DNA of 24,000 nucleotides from DHVE2 group archaeon (GTDB taxonomy: Archaea; Thermoplasmatota; Thermoplasmata; Thermoplasmatales; Aciduliprofundaceae): NCBI GenBank assembly GCA_026993785.1, contig JALWRZ010000001.1, positions 17,559 through 41,558 on the forward strand, written 5' to 3'. Shown in pieces: positions 9,115 to 15,884 of this stretch (positions are counted from its first letter, which is position 1; each line of letters begins with the position of its first letter). The position numbers and the translations under genes were made by a program. Under the pieces are notes generated by a model. The model searched no databases. It worked only from the letters and a program-made list of their open reading frames with translations, and was not told where the DNA came from.

Positions 9115-9470
9115 TTCCCACTAGACACCTCCAGCGGGTTTCTAGTACTTCCAGCAACCCTGGGAACCTCCTGCGGGTTCCCATTCCCTCCAGCATCCAC
9201 ACTCGGAACCACCGGAGGGTTTCTAGTACTTCCAGCAACCCTGGGAACCACCAGCGGGTTCCCCACGAGGGAGAACCTACGCTGCGCCCTGCTTACACAG
9301 GCTGGCTCGCAAACCCGCAGGATTTGCTCGTTTAGCCCTCCTGCGGATGGCAAGCTCGCATCTCAGATGCTCGTTCTCCCCTCTACCCCCCCTTTTATGG
9401 GGGTTTAGAAAGGGGGTGGAACCCTCTTCTTGGGGGTGTAGAGAGGGGCTTCGCCCCCTCCGTGGGGGAA
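9115..9470. ncRNA. Candidate structured non-coding element (ncRNA gene, dispersed repeat or protein-binding array); class and strand undetermined
   Basis: About 350 bp that are clearly more GC-rich than the flanks, lying between two divergent TATA boxes. The region contains several hairpins of 6-8 bp, a GGAA-tetraloop hairpin and alternating G and C tracts. Only low-complexity ORFs overlap it. See findings. Confidence 0.3.
9136..9249. repeat. Two perfect 33-bp direct repeats (9136-9168 and 9217-9249: gggtttctagtacttccagcaaccctgggaacc) within an imperfect unit of about 55-60 bp
   Basis: Direct reading. Similarity continues on both flanks (cc[a/t]gcgggttccc after each copy, acc[t/a]cc[a/g]g[c/a]ggg before each copy). 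Confidence 0.95.
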
Positions 9471-9480
9471 AATTTATAAA
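9465..9480 (+). promoter_or_regulatory. BRE/TATA promoter of the rpoE'-spt4 cluster (gggggaaaatttataa)
   Basis: TTTATAA at 9474-9480 with a purine-rich BRE-like stretch upstream. The ATG at 9503 lies about 25 nt downstream, implying a leaderless mRNA. Confidence 0.6.
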
Positions 9481-9502
9481 CCCCCTAAACTTTCGCCCAA
9501 GC

Positions 9503-10108
9503 ATGTATTTAATAGTGGAGCAGGAAGATGTGATTCGAATCCCCCCACCTCTGCTTGGTGAGGACATAGATCAGGTGCTGGAAGACCTCGCAAGAGAGAA
9601 AATAGAAGGAAATGTTTACTCCTTTCCCAGGGAAGAAGTAAAGGATCCTGCTGAGAGGAAATATATTATAGTGCTCCTTCTCTCCCTAGAGAAGGTTGGC
9701 GAGGGTGTTATAGTACCTGGAGACGGCGCTGTGTATCAAAAGGTCAGATTTAAGGCCCTTGCATTTCATCCAGAGCTCCAGGAAGTGATTGTGGGGGATG
9801 TGGTAGATGCGCTCAAATTCGGTGCGTTCATACGTTTTGGGCCTATTGATGGTCTTCTTCATATAAGCCAGATAATGGATGATGTTATTGATGTTGATGT
9901 GGAAAACAAGAGATTTATTGGCAAGGAAAGTAAAAAAGTGTTGAGAGTAAAGGACAAAGTGGTTGCGAGAATTGTGGCTTTAAGTATAAACGATGCAAAT
10001 CCACGCCAGAGCAAAGTTGGATTGACTATGAGGCAGCCAGGACTGGGTAAGTTTGAATGGATAGAGGAGCTTGCTAAAGGTGAGAAAAAAGAGGAGGGAG
10101 GTAAATGA
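9503..10108 (+). CDS. rpoE: DNA-directed RNA polymerase subunit E' (Rpo7), with S1 domain
   Basis: MYLIVEQEDVIRIPPPLLGEDI.. is a typical Rpo7 N-terminus. S1 fold: GDVVDALKFGAFIRFGPIDGLLHISQI. The 52 codons upstream in the track ORF (from 9347) translate the GC-rich repeat region and lie upstream of the TATA box. Confidence 0.9.
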   Translation: MYLIVEQEDVIRIPPPLLGEDIDQVLEDLAREKIEGNVYSFPREEVKDPAERKYIIVLLLSLEKVGEGVIVPGDGAVYQKVRFKALAFHPELQEVIVGDVVDALKFGAFIRFGPIDGLLHISQIMDDVIDVDVENKRFIGKESKKVLRVKDKVVARIVALSINDANPRQSKVGLTMRQPGLGKFEWIEELAKGEKKEEGGK

Positions 10109-10290
10109 ATAAGGAGCTCAAAGCCTGCAGAAACTGCAGAAGAATAACTACCGAGGATGTCTGCCCTTACTGTGGAGGGGAGACTACGCATGAGTGGCAG
10201 GGTTATGTATTCATCCTGAACAAGGATATGTCCAGAATTGCGCAGGAGATGGGTGCGGAGAATGGAGAATTTGCTCTCCGAGTTAGATAA
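10105..10290 (+). CDS. spt4: Transcription elongation factor Spt4 (RpoE'')
   Basis: 61 aa with zinc ribbon CRNC..CPYCGG and the tail WQGYVFILN. ATGA overlap with the rpoE stop. Confidence 0.88.
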   Translation: MNKELKACRNCRRITTEDVCPYCGGETTHEWQGYVFILNKDMSRIAQEMGAENGEFALRVR

Positions 10291-10774
10291 ACCTCTGATT
10301 CTTAGAGAATCAACACGAAAGAAGCTCCAGAGGGTTTATGGTAAGCTTATTAGCGAGAAGGAGATAAAAGAGCTGGAGGGAAAGATTATTGCTGTGGGGG
10401 ACATTGTAGCAGCCACACTTCTCAAGCTGGGTAAGAAACCACAGATTGTGATCGTGGATTATAGAACAAAGAGGGAACGATTTGAAAATAATTTAGTTAG
10501 GAATTACGGAGATTGCGTTGTGAAGGTTTCAAATCCACCGGGCAGGATAACTCCGGAGCTTTGGAATGCTGTGAGAAATGCTGTTCAATCCGAGAAGAGC
10601 TGGAGGATAGAGGTGGAAGGAGAGGAGGATCTTGCTGTTATTCCTGCGGTTCATTTTGCTCCTTTAGGCGCTATTGTTATATATGGGATGCCCAATACGG
10701 GTGTAATCATGATAAAAGTGAGTGAAAAGGACAAGGAAGAAGTCAGGAAGATAATAAAGGAAATGGAGGTATAG
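10262..10774 (+). CDS. DUF359/COG1909 protein (family reported as archaeal GTP-dependent dephospho-CoA kinase)
   Basis: AVGDIVAATLL..KPQIVIVDYRTKRE..EGEEDLAVIPAV motifs, plus the conserved archaeal neighbourhood rpoE-spt4-DUF359-S24e-S27ae. The track start at 10238 is TTG, and the first ATG is at 10262. Confidence 0.75.
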   Translation: MENLLSELDKPLILRESTRKKLQRVYGKLISEKEIKELEGKIIAVGDIVAATLLKLGKKPQIVIVDYRTKRERFENNLVRNYGDCVVKVSNPPGRITPELWNAVRNAVQSEKSWRIEVEGEEDLAVIPAVHFAPLGAIVIYGMPNTGVIMIKVSEKDKEEVRKIIKEMEV

Positions 10775-10776
10775 AT

Positions 10777-11076
10777 ATGGAGCTCAAGATCCTGGAGAGG
10801 AAGGAGAATCCGCTGCTTCATCGCATTGAGGTTAGATTCGAGGTATTTCATCCCAAGGATAAAACACCTACGCGAGAGGATGTGAGGAATTTACTGGCTG
10901 CAAATCTCAATGCGGATAAAAATCGTGTGATTCTGGACAACATGCACACGACCTTTGGAGAGCCACGAACAAGGGGATTTGCCAAGATTTATGAAAGTGT
11001 GGAGCATGCCCTGAAAACTGAGCCCGAGTATATTTTGCTCAGAAACAAATTGATAGAGAAAAAAGAGGAGGAATAA
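10777..11076 (+). CDS. rps24e: 30S ribosomal protein S24e
   Basis: 99 aa. [25 protein letters not shown]...[15 protein letters not shown]... is a typical S24e sequence. Confidence 0.9.
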   Translation: MELKILERKENPLLHRIEVRFEVFHPKDKTPTREDVRNLLAANLNADKNRVILDNMHTTFGEPRTRGFAKIYESVEHALKTEPEYILLRNKLIEKKEEE

Positions 11077-11078
11077 AG

Positions 11079-11231
11079 ATGCAGAAGAGAGAGCTTTATG
11101 AGATAAAGGATGGAAAACTCATACGCAAAAGGAGATTCTGCCCCAAATGTGGTCCCGGTGTTTTTCTCGCAGAGCACGAAGATAGATATTCCTGCGGTAA
11201 ATGCGGTTATACAGAATTTAAGAAAAAGTAA
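11079..11231 (+). CDS. rps27ae: 30S ribosomal protein S27ae (zinc ribbon)
   Basis: Not in the ORF track (50 aa). My own translation gives [50 protein letters not shown]. It starts 2 nt after the S24e stop, and a GAGGAGG lies upstream. Confidence 0.88.
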   Translation: MQKRELYEIKDGKLIRKRRFCPKCGPGVFLAEHEDRYSCGKCGYTEFKKK

Positions 11232-11329
11232 TGATTTCCTCCATTTTACAAGGATTTTACACATTTGATGTATAAATTGGAAACATTTAAATACCTCCAA
11301 CAAATCTTTTCCGTGGAGGGATAAACATT

Positions 11330-11914
11330 ATGGAAGAGAATTCGGAAAATTCTTCCCCTAAGGAAGAGGAAAATATTGTAGAGTTGCCACAGTCTCAGGA
11401 AACACAGCCGGTAGTAAATAATCAAGGAGAAGAGCAGATTCAGCAGGTTTCACAGCAGCCTGTGCAGGAGTATCAACAGCCGTATCAGCAGACATACCAA
11501 CAGCCGTATCCAGGGTATCAGCAACACATGCCCTATCCGCCTGAAGCAAAGAGCATTATGGATCTGGTTAGGATAACAGGTATAATCTCTTTGATCTTTG
11601 GGATAATACTTCTGATTTCTGGAATAGCAACACTCCTTTTCTTTGTGGGCATCGTACCGCTGATTTTCGGAATATTTGATCTCGTGATATGGATGAAGTG
11701 CAAGGAAATCAATGGATTGATGGAACAGAGAAGATATGGAGATGCCAGGGATAAAACGCTTCTATGGATGATACTGGGCTTTATTTTCGGTGGCCTGCTT
11801 CCAGGCATACTGCTTCTTGTAGCATTCTTGAAATTTGACCCACTGTTACGGGCCACACAGCCACCACAGCCGCCTCAGCAACCACCGCAGGCACTACCAC
11901 CGCCACCATCCTAA
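11330..11914 (+). CDS. Membrane protein with a Q/Y/P-rich low-complexity N-terminus, 3 predicted TM helices and a PPQ-repeat C-terminus; function unknown
   Basis: 194 aa. GGAGGG lies 9 nt upstream of the ATG, and TTTAAATA lies about 40 nt upstream. Hydrophobic segments at ITGIISLIFGIILLISGIATLLFFVGIVPLIFGIFDLVIW and LLWMILGFIFGGLLPGILLLVAFL. Confidence 0.65.
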   Translation: MEENSENSSPKEEENIVELPQSQETQPVVNNQGEEQIQQVSQQPVQEYQQPYQQTYQQPYPGYQQHMPYPPEAKSIMDLVRITGIISLIFGIILLISGIATLLFFVGIVPLIFGIFDLVIWMKCKEINGLMEQRRYGDARDKTLLWMILGFIFGGLLPGILLLVAFLKFDPLLRATQPPQPPQQPPQALPPPPS

Positions 11915-11931
11915 CTCTCTCTTTTTATTTT
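11915..11931 (+). terminator. Oligo-T tract (ctctctcTTTTTaTTTT) immediately after the stop of the 11330 gene
   Basis: T5 and T4 runs. Archaeal termination commonly uses oligo-T. Confidence 0.4.
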
Positions 11932-11934
11932 AGT

Positions 11935-12798
11935 ATGAAACCTATAGAAGGTTCTTTAAGTTTCTTCGAAACTTCTGATGGCCTCAAAACAGCCGGATTT
12001 CTGCTTAGGGGAACAAAAGATACTGTGGTTGTCTTTGTCCATGGGATGGGCGGGAATTTTTACAAGCAAGGATTTCTATACGGTGCCAGAGAGCTTTTTA
12101 AAAAAGGCATTTCTTTCTTTTCCTTTAATACCCGGGGTGCAGAGATAATTAAGGATTTTAGAGACCTAGAAGGAAATCATCATCTTTTAGGCACTGCTTT
12201 TGAAAATTTTGAAGAGAGCACATGGGATATTCAAGCAGCTATTGAGTATCTTGAAAGCCTGGGCTACAAAGATATCCATTTGATGGGACACAGCACTGGA
12301 TGTCAGAAGATGCTCTATTATGCCTACAAAAGTGTAGATGATAGGGTGAAGAGCCTTATTCACCTATCTCCGGCAGAGGATTACGAAATTTGGAAGAATT
12401 CACTTGGTTCAGAGTTTGAGAAATTTCTCTCCCTTGCCCGGCAGATGGTGGAGGAAGGAAGGGATAACGAGATTATACTTCCCCTATATGAGAAAACGGG
12501 TGAATTCTGGAGCGCGCATCGTTTTCTTAGCTTTGCATCTCGGGATAACTTGGAGGCAAAGATGTTCAACTATGAAGAGCTACATATTTTCTCCAAGGTA
12601 AAACTACCAACGATGGTGGTGTTGGGCAAAGAGGATCCATATTTCCCTAAAGGTGTGGGATGGTATGCAGAGAGATTAAAGCACGCATACAGGGGTGAAA
12701 GAATCGAAATTGTTATAATGGAGGGTGATCACAGCTTTCATGGATTTGAGAAAGAGCTTTTTAAGAATATAGGTGATTTTGTTTCTTCTGTAAGATAA
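11935..12798 (+). CDS. Alpha/beta-fold hydrolase (serine esterase-like)
   Basis: 287 aa. HGMGGNF oxyanion-region motif, nucleophile elbow GHSTGCQ, and a C-terminal GDHSF (catalytic His context). Confidence 0.75.
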   Translation: MKPIEGSLSFFETSDGLKTAGFLLRGTKDTVVVFVHGMGGNFYKQGFLYGARELFKKGISFFSFNTRGAEIIKDFRDLEGNHHLLGTAFENFEESTWDIQAAIEYLESLGYKDIHLMGHSTGCQKMLYYAYKSVDDRVKSLIHLSPAEDYEIWKNSLGSEFEKFLSLARQMVEEGRDNEIILPLYEKTGEFWSAHRFLSFASRDNLEAKMFNYEELHIFSKVKLPTMVVLGKEDPYFPKGVGWYAERLKHAYRGERIEIVIMEGDHSFHGFEKELFKNIGDFVSSVR

Positions 12799-12830
12799 GA
12801 TTTATATAACTATGTGCTAATTCTCATTTA

Positions 12831-13886
12831 ATGGAGAAATTGACTGTAGTGGGAATAATAGCATTAGCCATTCTCATTGGCATGCTGTTCATTCCGTCCG
12901 TGAATATTTATAAAAAGGTAGAGTACGATGAATCTCGTCTGGGATATGGCTGGGGAACCCACTGGATGTATGAAAGAGGGATGAGAGATGGCTACCTATA
13001 TGGGGTAAACGAAAAAGGAGACCTTTATTTTGTTTACCGAGGTAAATATGAGATGTTCGTGGACGCGCCAGGATATATGGGCCATGAGTTCTGCAACTAC
13101 TATCTATCCGACTCGGTGATATATATGGGAGACTGGCGTGGAAGGATGTATTACGCTGATCCTTGGAGTGGGCGTATAATATGGACACTGGAGCTTAGCA
13201 GATTGCACATCTATTTCAACTCCTCACATAACCCCGACACTTTCTATCACTACCATATTTTATATGGAAATCGAAGCGGTTACTTTTACATCCTTTTCAA
13301 CAATACCATATACCACATTTACAGGGATGTTAAGATTCTAGATGAACTCCACAATGATTTCAAGGGAGCATTTATAGCCACTTATCCCTGGAATGGAGGG
13401 TTGATTTTGAAATTTAATAAAGTTTCTTCGCCTTCTATCTACGACATCTACTATTTTAAGGATAACAGAATTCTGTGGAATCTGTCTCTTCGCTCTCGAA
13501 TGCATATCTCCTACTCAGATGTCCCGGATATCTACATAGAAGATGGTCTGATTTGTCATTTTGGGGATTCCAAAATAACTGTGTATAAGGATTGTAGAAA
13601 ATTTAGGGAACTTGAAGTGCCTGGAAAAATAATAAATATGGAGAAAATGGGAGATGAATTCTATGTTTTCTCGTACTCCGGTACAAAAAATTTGTGGCTG
13701 CTCTATGACGGGAATTTTACATTTCTCAAGAAAATCGTTCTTTTCGATTTAAAGAATATAGGCGTGAAAAAGTGGGATATAAGAAATCAAAGAGCTAGCA
13801 TATATGAAAATAACACGGGTTACACTGTATTTCTTTACACTGCGCCTGATTTATGTAATGAGCAGCTACCCTATGTGCCACTCTGA
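12831..13886 (+). CDS. Hypothetical membrane-anchored extracellular protein, Tyr/Trp/Asn-rich, possibly a beta-propeller-like repeat protein
   Basis: 351 aa. N-terminal TM segment VVGIIALAILIGMLFIPSV, recurring G..Y...(I/L)W-type segments and several N-x-S/T sequons. TATA-like atttatata lies about 25 nt upstream of the ATG. No family recognised. Confidence 0.55.
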   Translation: MEKLTVVGIIALAILIGMLFIPSVNIYKKVEYDESRLGYGWGTHWMYERGMRDGYLYGVNEKGDLYFVYRGKYEMFVDAPGYMGHEFCNYYLSDSVIYMGDWRGRMYYADPWSGRIIWTLELSRLHIYFNSSHNPDTFYHYHILYGNRSGYFYILFNNTIYHIYRDVKILDELHNDFKGAFIATYPWNGGLILKFNKVSSPSIYDIYYFKDNRILWNLSLRSRMHISYSDVPDIYIEDGLICHFGDSKITVYKDCRKFRELEVPGKIINMEKMGDEFYVFSYSGTKNLWLLYDGNFTFLKKIVLFDLKNIGVKKWDIRNQRASIYENNTGYTVFLYTAPDLCNEQLPYVPL

Positions 13887-13918
13887 ACCATATATCTGGA
13901 TAGAAATCTAAATGTGAC

Positions 13919-14164
13919 ATGGAAGGCTGGGCTAATGTGTGGAGAGCTGAGGAGGTATATCCACTGCCCAACAAAAATGAATTTATAATTGTGAGCATGA
14001 AAGACCTCTATTTTGTAAAAGTAAAAACTCTGATGCATGTAAATTACTTTGCCTGGATGGCCCTCAAGATTCCAGTATTTGTCTTCTTCCTCATAGTGCC
14101 TCCATATATCTATGTGCTCTCAAAAGAAATAGCCATAAAGAGGAGGTATCCTCCGAATCTATGA
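13919..14164 (+). CDS. Small hypothetical membrane protein (81 aa)
   Basis: One clear TM segment (FAWMALKIPVFVFFLIVPPYIYVL). TATA-like atatat lies about 25 nt upstream. The 3' end overlaps the convergent HD gene by 6 nt. Coding status is uncertain. Confidence 0.35.
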   Translation: MEGWANVWRAEEVYPLPNKNEFIIVSMKDLYFVKVKTLMHVNYFAWMALKIPVFVFFLIVPPYIYVLSKEIAIKRRYPPNL

Positions 14165-14674
14165 TTGTAGCTTACCTTTCTCTATATGGAAATCGATGAA
14201 GTCGCAGTGATGTATGATTACCGCCTCGGGAACGCGGGTCACAAACTCTCCTTCCTTGGAATGCGCCGCAATTATATGCGCAATCTGGTAAGGCAGTTCA
14301 AATTTTTCAGCCAGCATAGCACCGCCCACCGGATGGCGGATTCTCTTTCCATACTCGCTCTTAACCACTTTTCCGTCCCTGTATTCGAATTCCAGCAGCT
14401 TTGCAACATCATGGAGAAGTCCTCCCGCAATTATGAAATCCATGTTTACATCACCGCGCTCCCGGGCAACGGCCATGGCCATTCTCGTTACCGCGCGGGT
14501 ATGCTCCACAAGATTTCTCTCTGTGGGAATAAGAAGGGTGAAAGGTATCTTCTCCAGAGGAAAATCTTTCCAGCCGCCCTTTTCAATAGCGTATTCCCAC
14601 ACTTTTATTACCTTGCTGCGCAGTTCCTCATCCCTTATCTCATTGATCTCCGGAAAAATCTCTTCGATCTTCAT
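14159..14674 (-). CDS. HD-domain metal-dependent phosphohydrolase
   Basis: 171 aa. HTRAVTRMAMAVA ... GGLLHDVAKL ... IIAAHS ... IIHHCD gives an H..HD..H..D pattern. Confidence 0.8.
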   Translation of the reverse strand: MKIEEIFPEINEIRDEELRSKVIKVWEYAIEKGGWKDFPLEKIPFTLLIPTERNLVEHTRAVTRMAMAVARERGDVNMDFIIAGGLLHDVAKLLEFEYRDGKVVKSEYGKRIRHPVGGAMLAEKFELPYQIAHIIAAHSKEGEFVTRVPEAVIIHHCDFIDFHIEKGKLQS

Positions 14675-14706
14675 AGAAAAGGAATAGAAAAAGAAGGATA
14701 AAAGGA

Positions 14707-15069
14707 TTACTTTTTGAATCTCTCAATAGCCTTCATGAGCGGGATGAGATGCATGAGTGCGGGGCCTCCGGCCATTAGAACGGCAACGAAACCTGCTTCG
14801 ATAAGCTCCTCAGGAGTAGCTCCCGCATCCATGGCATTTTTTGTGTGAAGCGCAATACACCACTCACAGCCCGTTGCTATGCCCAGAGCGAGGGCAATAA
14901 GCTCCTTTGTTTTAGTATCCAGTGCCTTCTCCTGAATCGTTCTTCTCAGGAATGCCATAAACGCACCTGTTTCCTGTGGATAATCTTTACTCAACTTTTC
15001 CAGATACTCTCCAATTTCCTTTACGGTTTCTTCTGGATCCATTTTTATCACCATGTAGGGTAATGGCAT
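14707..15069 (-). CDS. Carboxymuconolactone decarboxylase (AhpD-like) family protein
   Basis: 120 aa. LDTKTKELIALALGIATGCEWCIALHTKNA carries the CxxC..H signature of the CMD/AhpD fold. Confidence 0.8.
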   Translation of the reverse strand: MPLPYMVIKMDPEETVKEIGEYLEKLSKDYPQETGAFMAFLRRTIQEKALDTKTKELIALALGIATGCEWCIALHTKNAMDAGATPEELIEAGFVAVLMAGGPALMHLIPLMKAIERFKK

Positions 15070-15080
15070 CCCGCTATTTA

Positions 15081-15881
15081 TTACTTCCTGGAAACAAACT
15101 TAGATGGAATGAAAAATCTTAGATGCTCCTCAAGATCCTCTTTAACACCTATTCTATGGGAAGTTCTGATTTCGAACCCACTCCGGGGGGATTTGGCCAC
15201 GATAAGCTCCTTACCAAGAGGCTTTCCGTTCATATCCCGCTCAATGTAAAAGCTCTGGCTGAGCTTTCCAGGACCGCTGCATAGCTCTGTAATCTTTTTC
15301 TTTCTCCTTTTCTTCCTCATCAGGTATATACCTGCAATGGGCTCTACGGCCCTTATAAGAACTGCCTGCGCCTCGTCCCCATCTGTGGTGAGATTGAGCA
15401 TCCAGTTGGCATGTACCATATAAACGAAGATATGCCCGCCTCTAAACCACATGGGACGATTGTAATCCTTGGCTCCCTTCCTGGCTCTGGATGCAGGATC
15501 TCCCTCGCCATAGTAGGCTTCCGTCTCTACAATTTTACCCACCAACAATTCATGCCCTAAAACTCTAATAAGCATCTTTCCCAGAAGCTCGCGGGCCACA
15601 ACCTTTGCATCTCTCTCAAAAAATTTTTTAGGTAAAGGACTGAAATGGTAATTTGGATGTATTCTATCTTCCTCTTCATAAAGATTCACAACTGGATAAC
15701 CATTCTCCATAAGCCTATTTATTAGAGTGCTTGGGGGGGATATCATCCCCACCCTCTTTTCCTGCAGAAATGATAGAAGGTTCTCCCAAGATTTATTCTC
15801 CAATTCCTCAGAAGAAAAGATGTAATCGAGGGCATAGAGTCGCCTTAATTTTTCTTGGTATGACTGAAGAAGGTATATCAT
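15081..15881 (-). CDS. DNA-3-methyladenine glycosylase (Mpg/AAG family, COG2094) with an N-terminal extension of about 80 aa
   Basis: The core FFERDAKVVARELLGKMLIRV..GKIVETEAYYGEGDPASRARKG..GHIFVYMVHANWMLNLT..AVLIRAVEPIAG..LCSGPGKLSQSF..RIGV matches Mpg. The ATG at 15881 lies 3 nt from the Sec61beta stop. Internal alternatives are M46 and M58. Confidence 0.8.
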   Translation of the reverse strand: MIYLLQSYQEKLRRLYALDYIFSSEELENKSWENLLSFLQEKRVGMISPPSTLINRLMENGYPVVNLYEEEDRIHPNYHFSPLPKKFFERDAKVVARELLGKMLIRVLGHELLVGKIVETEAYYGEGDPASRARKGAKDYNRPMWFRGGHIFVYMVHANWMLNLTTDGDEAQAVLIRAVEPIAGIYLMRKKRRKKKITELCSGPGKLSQSFYIERDMNGKPLGKELIVAKSPRSGFEIRTSHRIGVKEDLEEHLRFFIPSKFVSRK

Positions 15882-15884
15882 TTC

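Noticed and set aside
9136-9249. A possible mini-CRISPR: two identical 33-bp repeats separated by a 48-bp 'spacer'
   Set aside because: There are only two copies. Sequence similarity continues beyond the repeat ends into the would-be spacer and flank (cc[a/t]gcgggttccc), which CRISPR spacers do not show. There is no leader-like AT-rich region, and no cas genes lie in the window.
9083-9470. SRP (7S) RNA or RNase P RNA gene in the GC-rich spacer
   Set aside because: I looked on both strands for the RNase P P4 pair (GAGGAAAGUCC ... ACAGAA..GCUUA) and for the SRP helix-8 motif (..CCGGAAGGGAGCA..). Only a lone acagaatgggcta at 9083-9095 (at the wrong end, directly abutting the elp3 start codon) and a gggaaagg at the far end were seen. 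Neither is in a compatible arrangement. A covariance-model search is still needed to be sure.
9108-9567. Track ORFs 9108..9353 (-), 9277..9567 (-) and the first 52 codons of 9347..10108 (+) as protein-coding
   Set aside because: The translations are low-complexity Pro/Gly/Arg-rich strings that simply mirror the GC-rich repeats (for example VPRVAGSTRNP twice). They overlap each other on both strands. The plus-strand extension lies upstream of the rpoE TATA box, and Rpo7 homology begins at M53 (9503).
14186-14701. 171-aa plus-strand ORF exactly mirroring the HD-domain gene
   Set aside because: The minus-strand frame carries the H..HD..H..D phosphohydrolase signature and a proper ATG. The plus-strand translation has no recognisable features. 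It is a shadow ORF.
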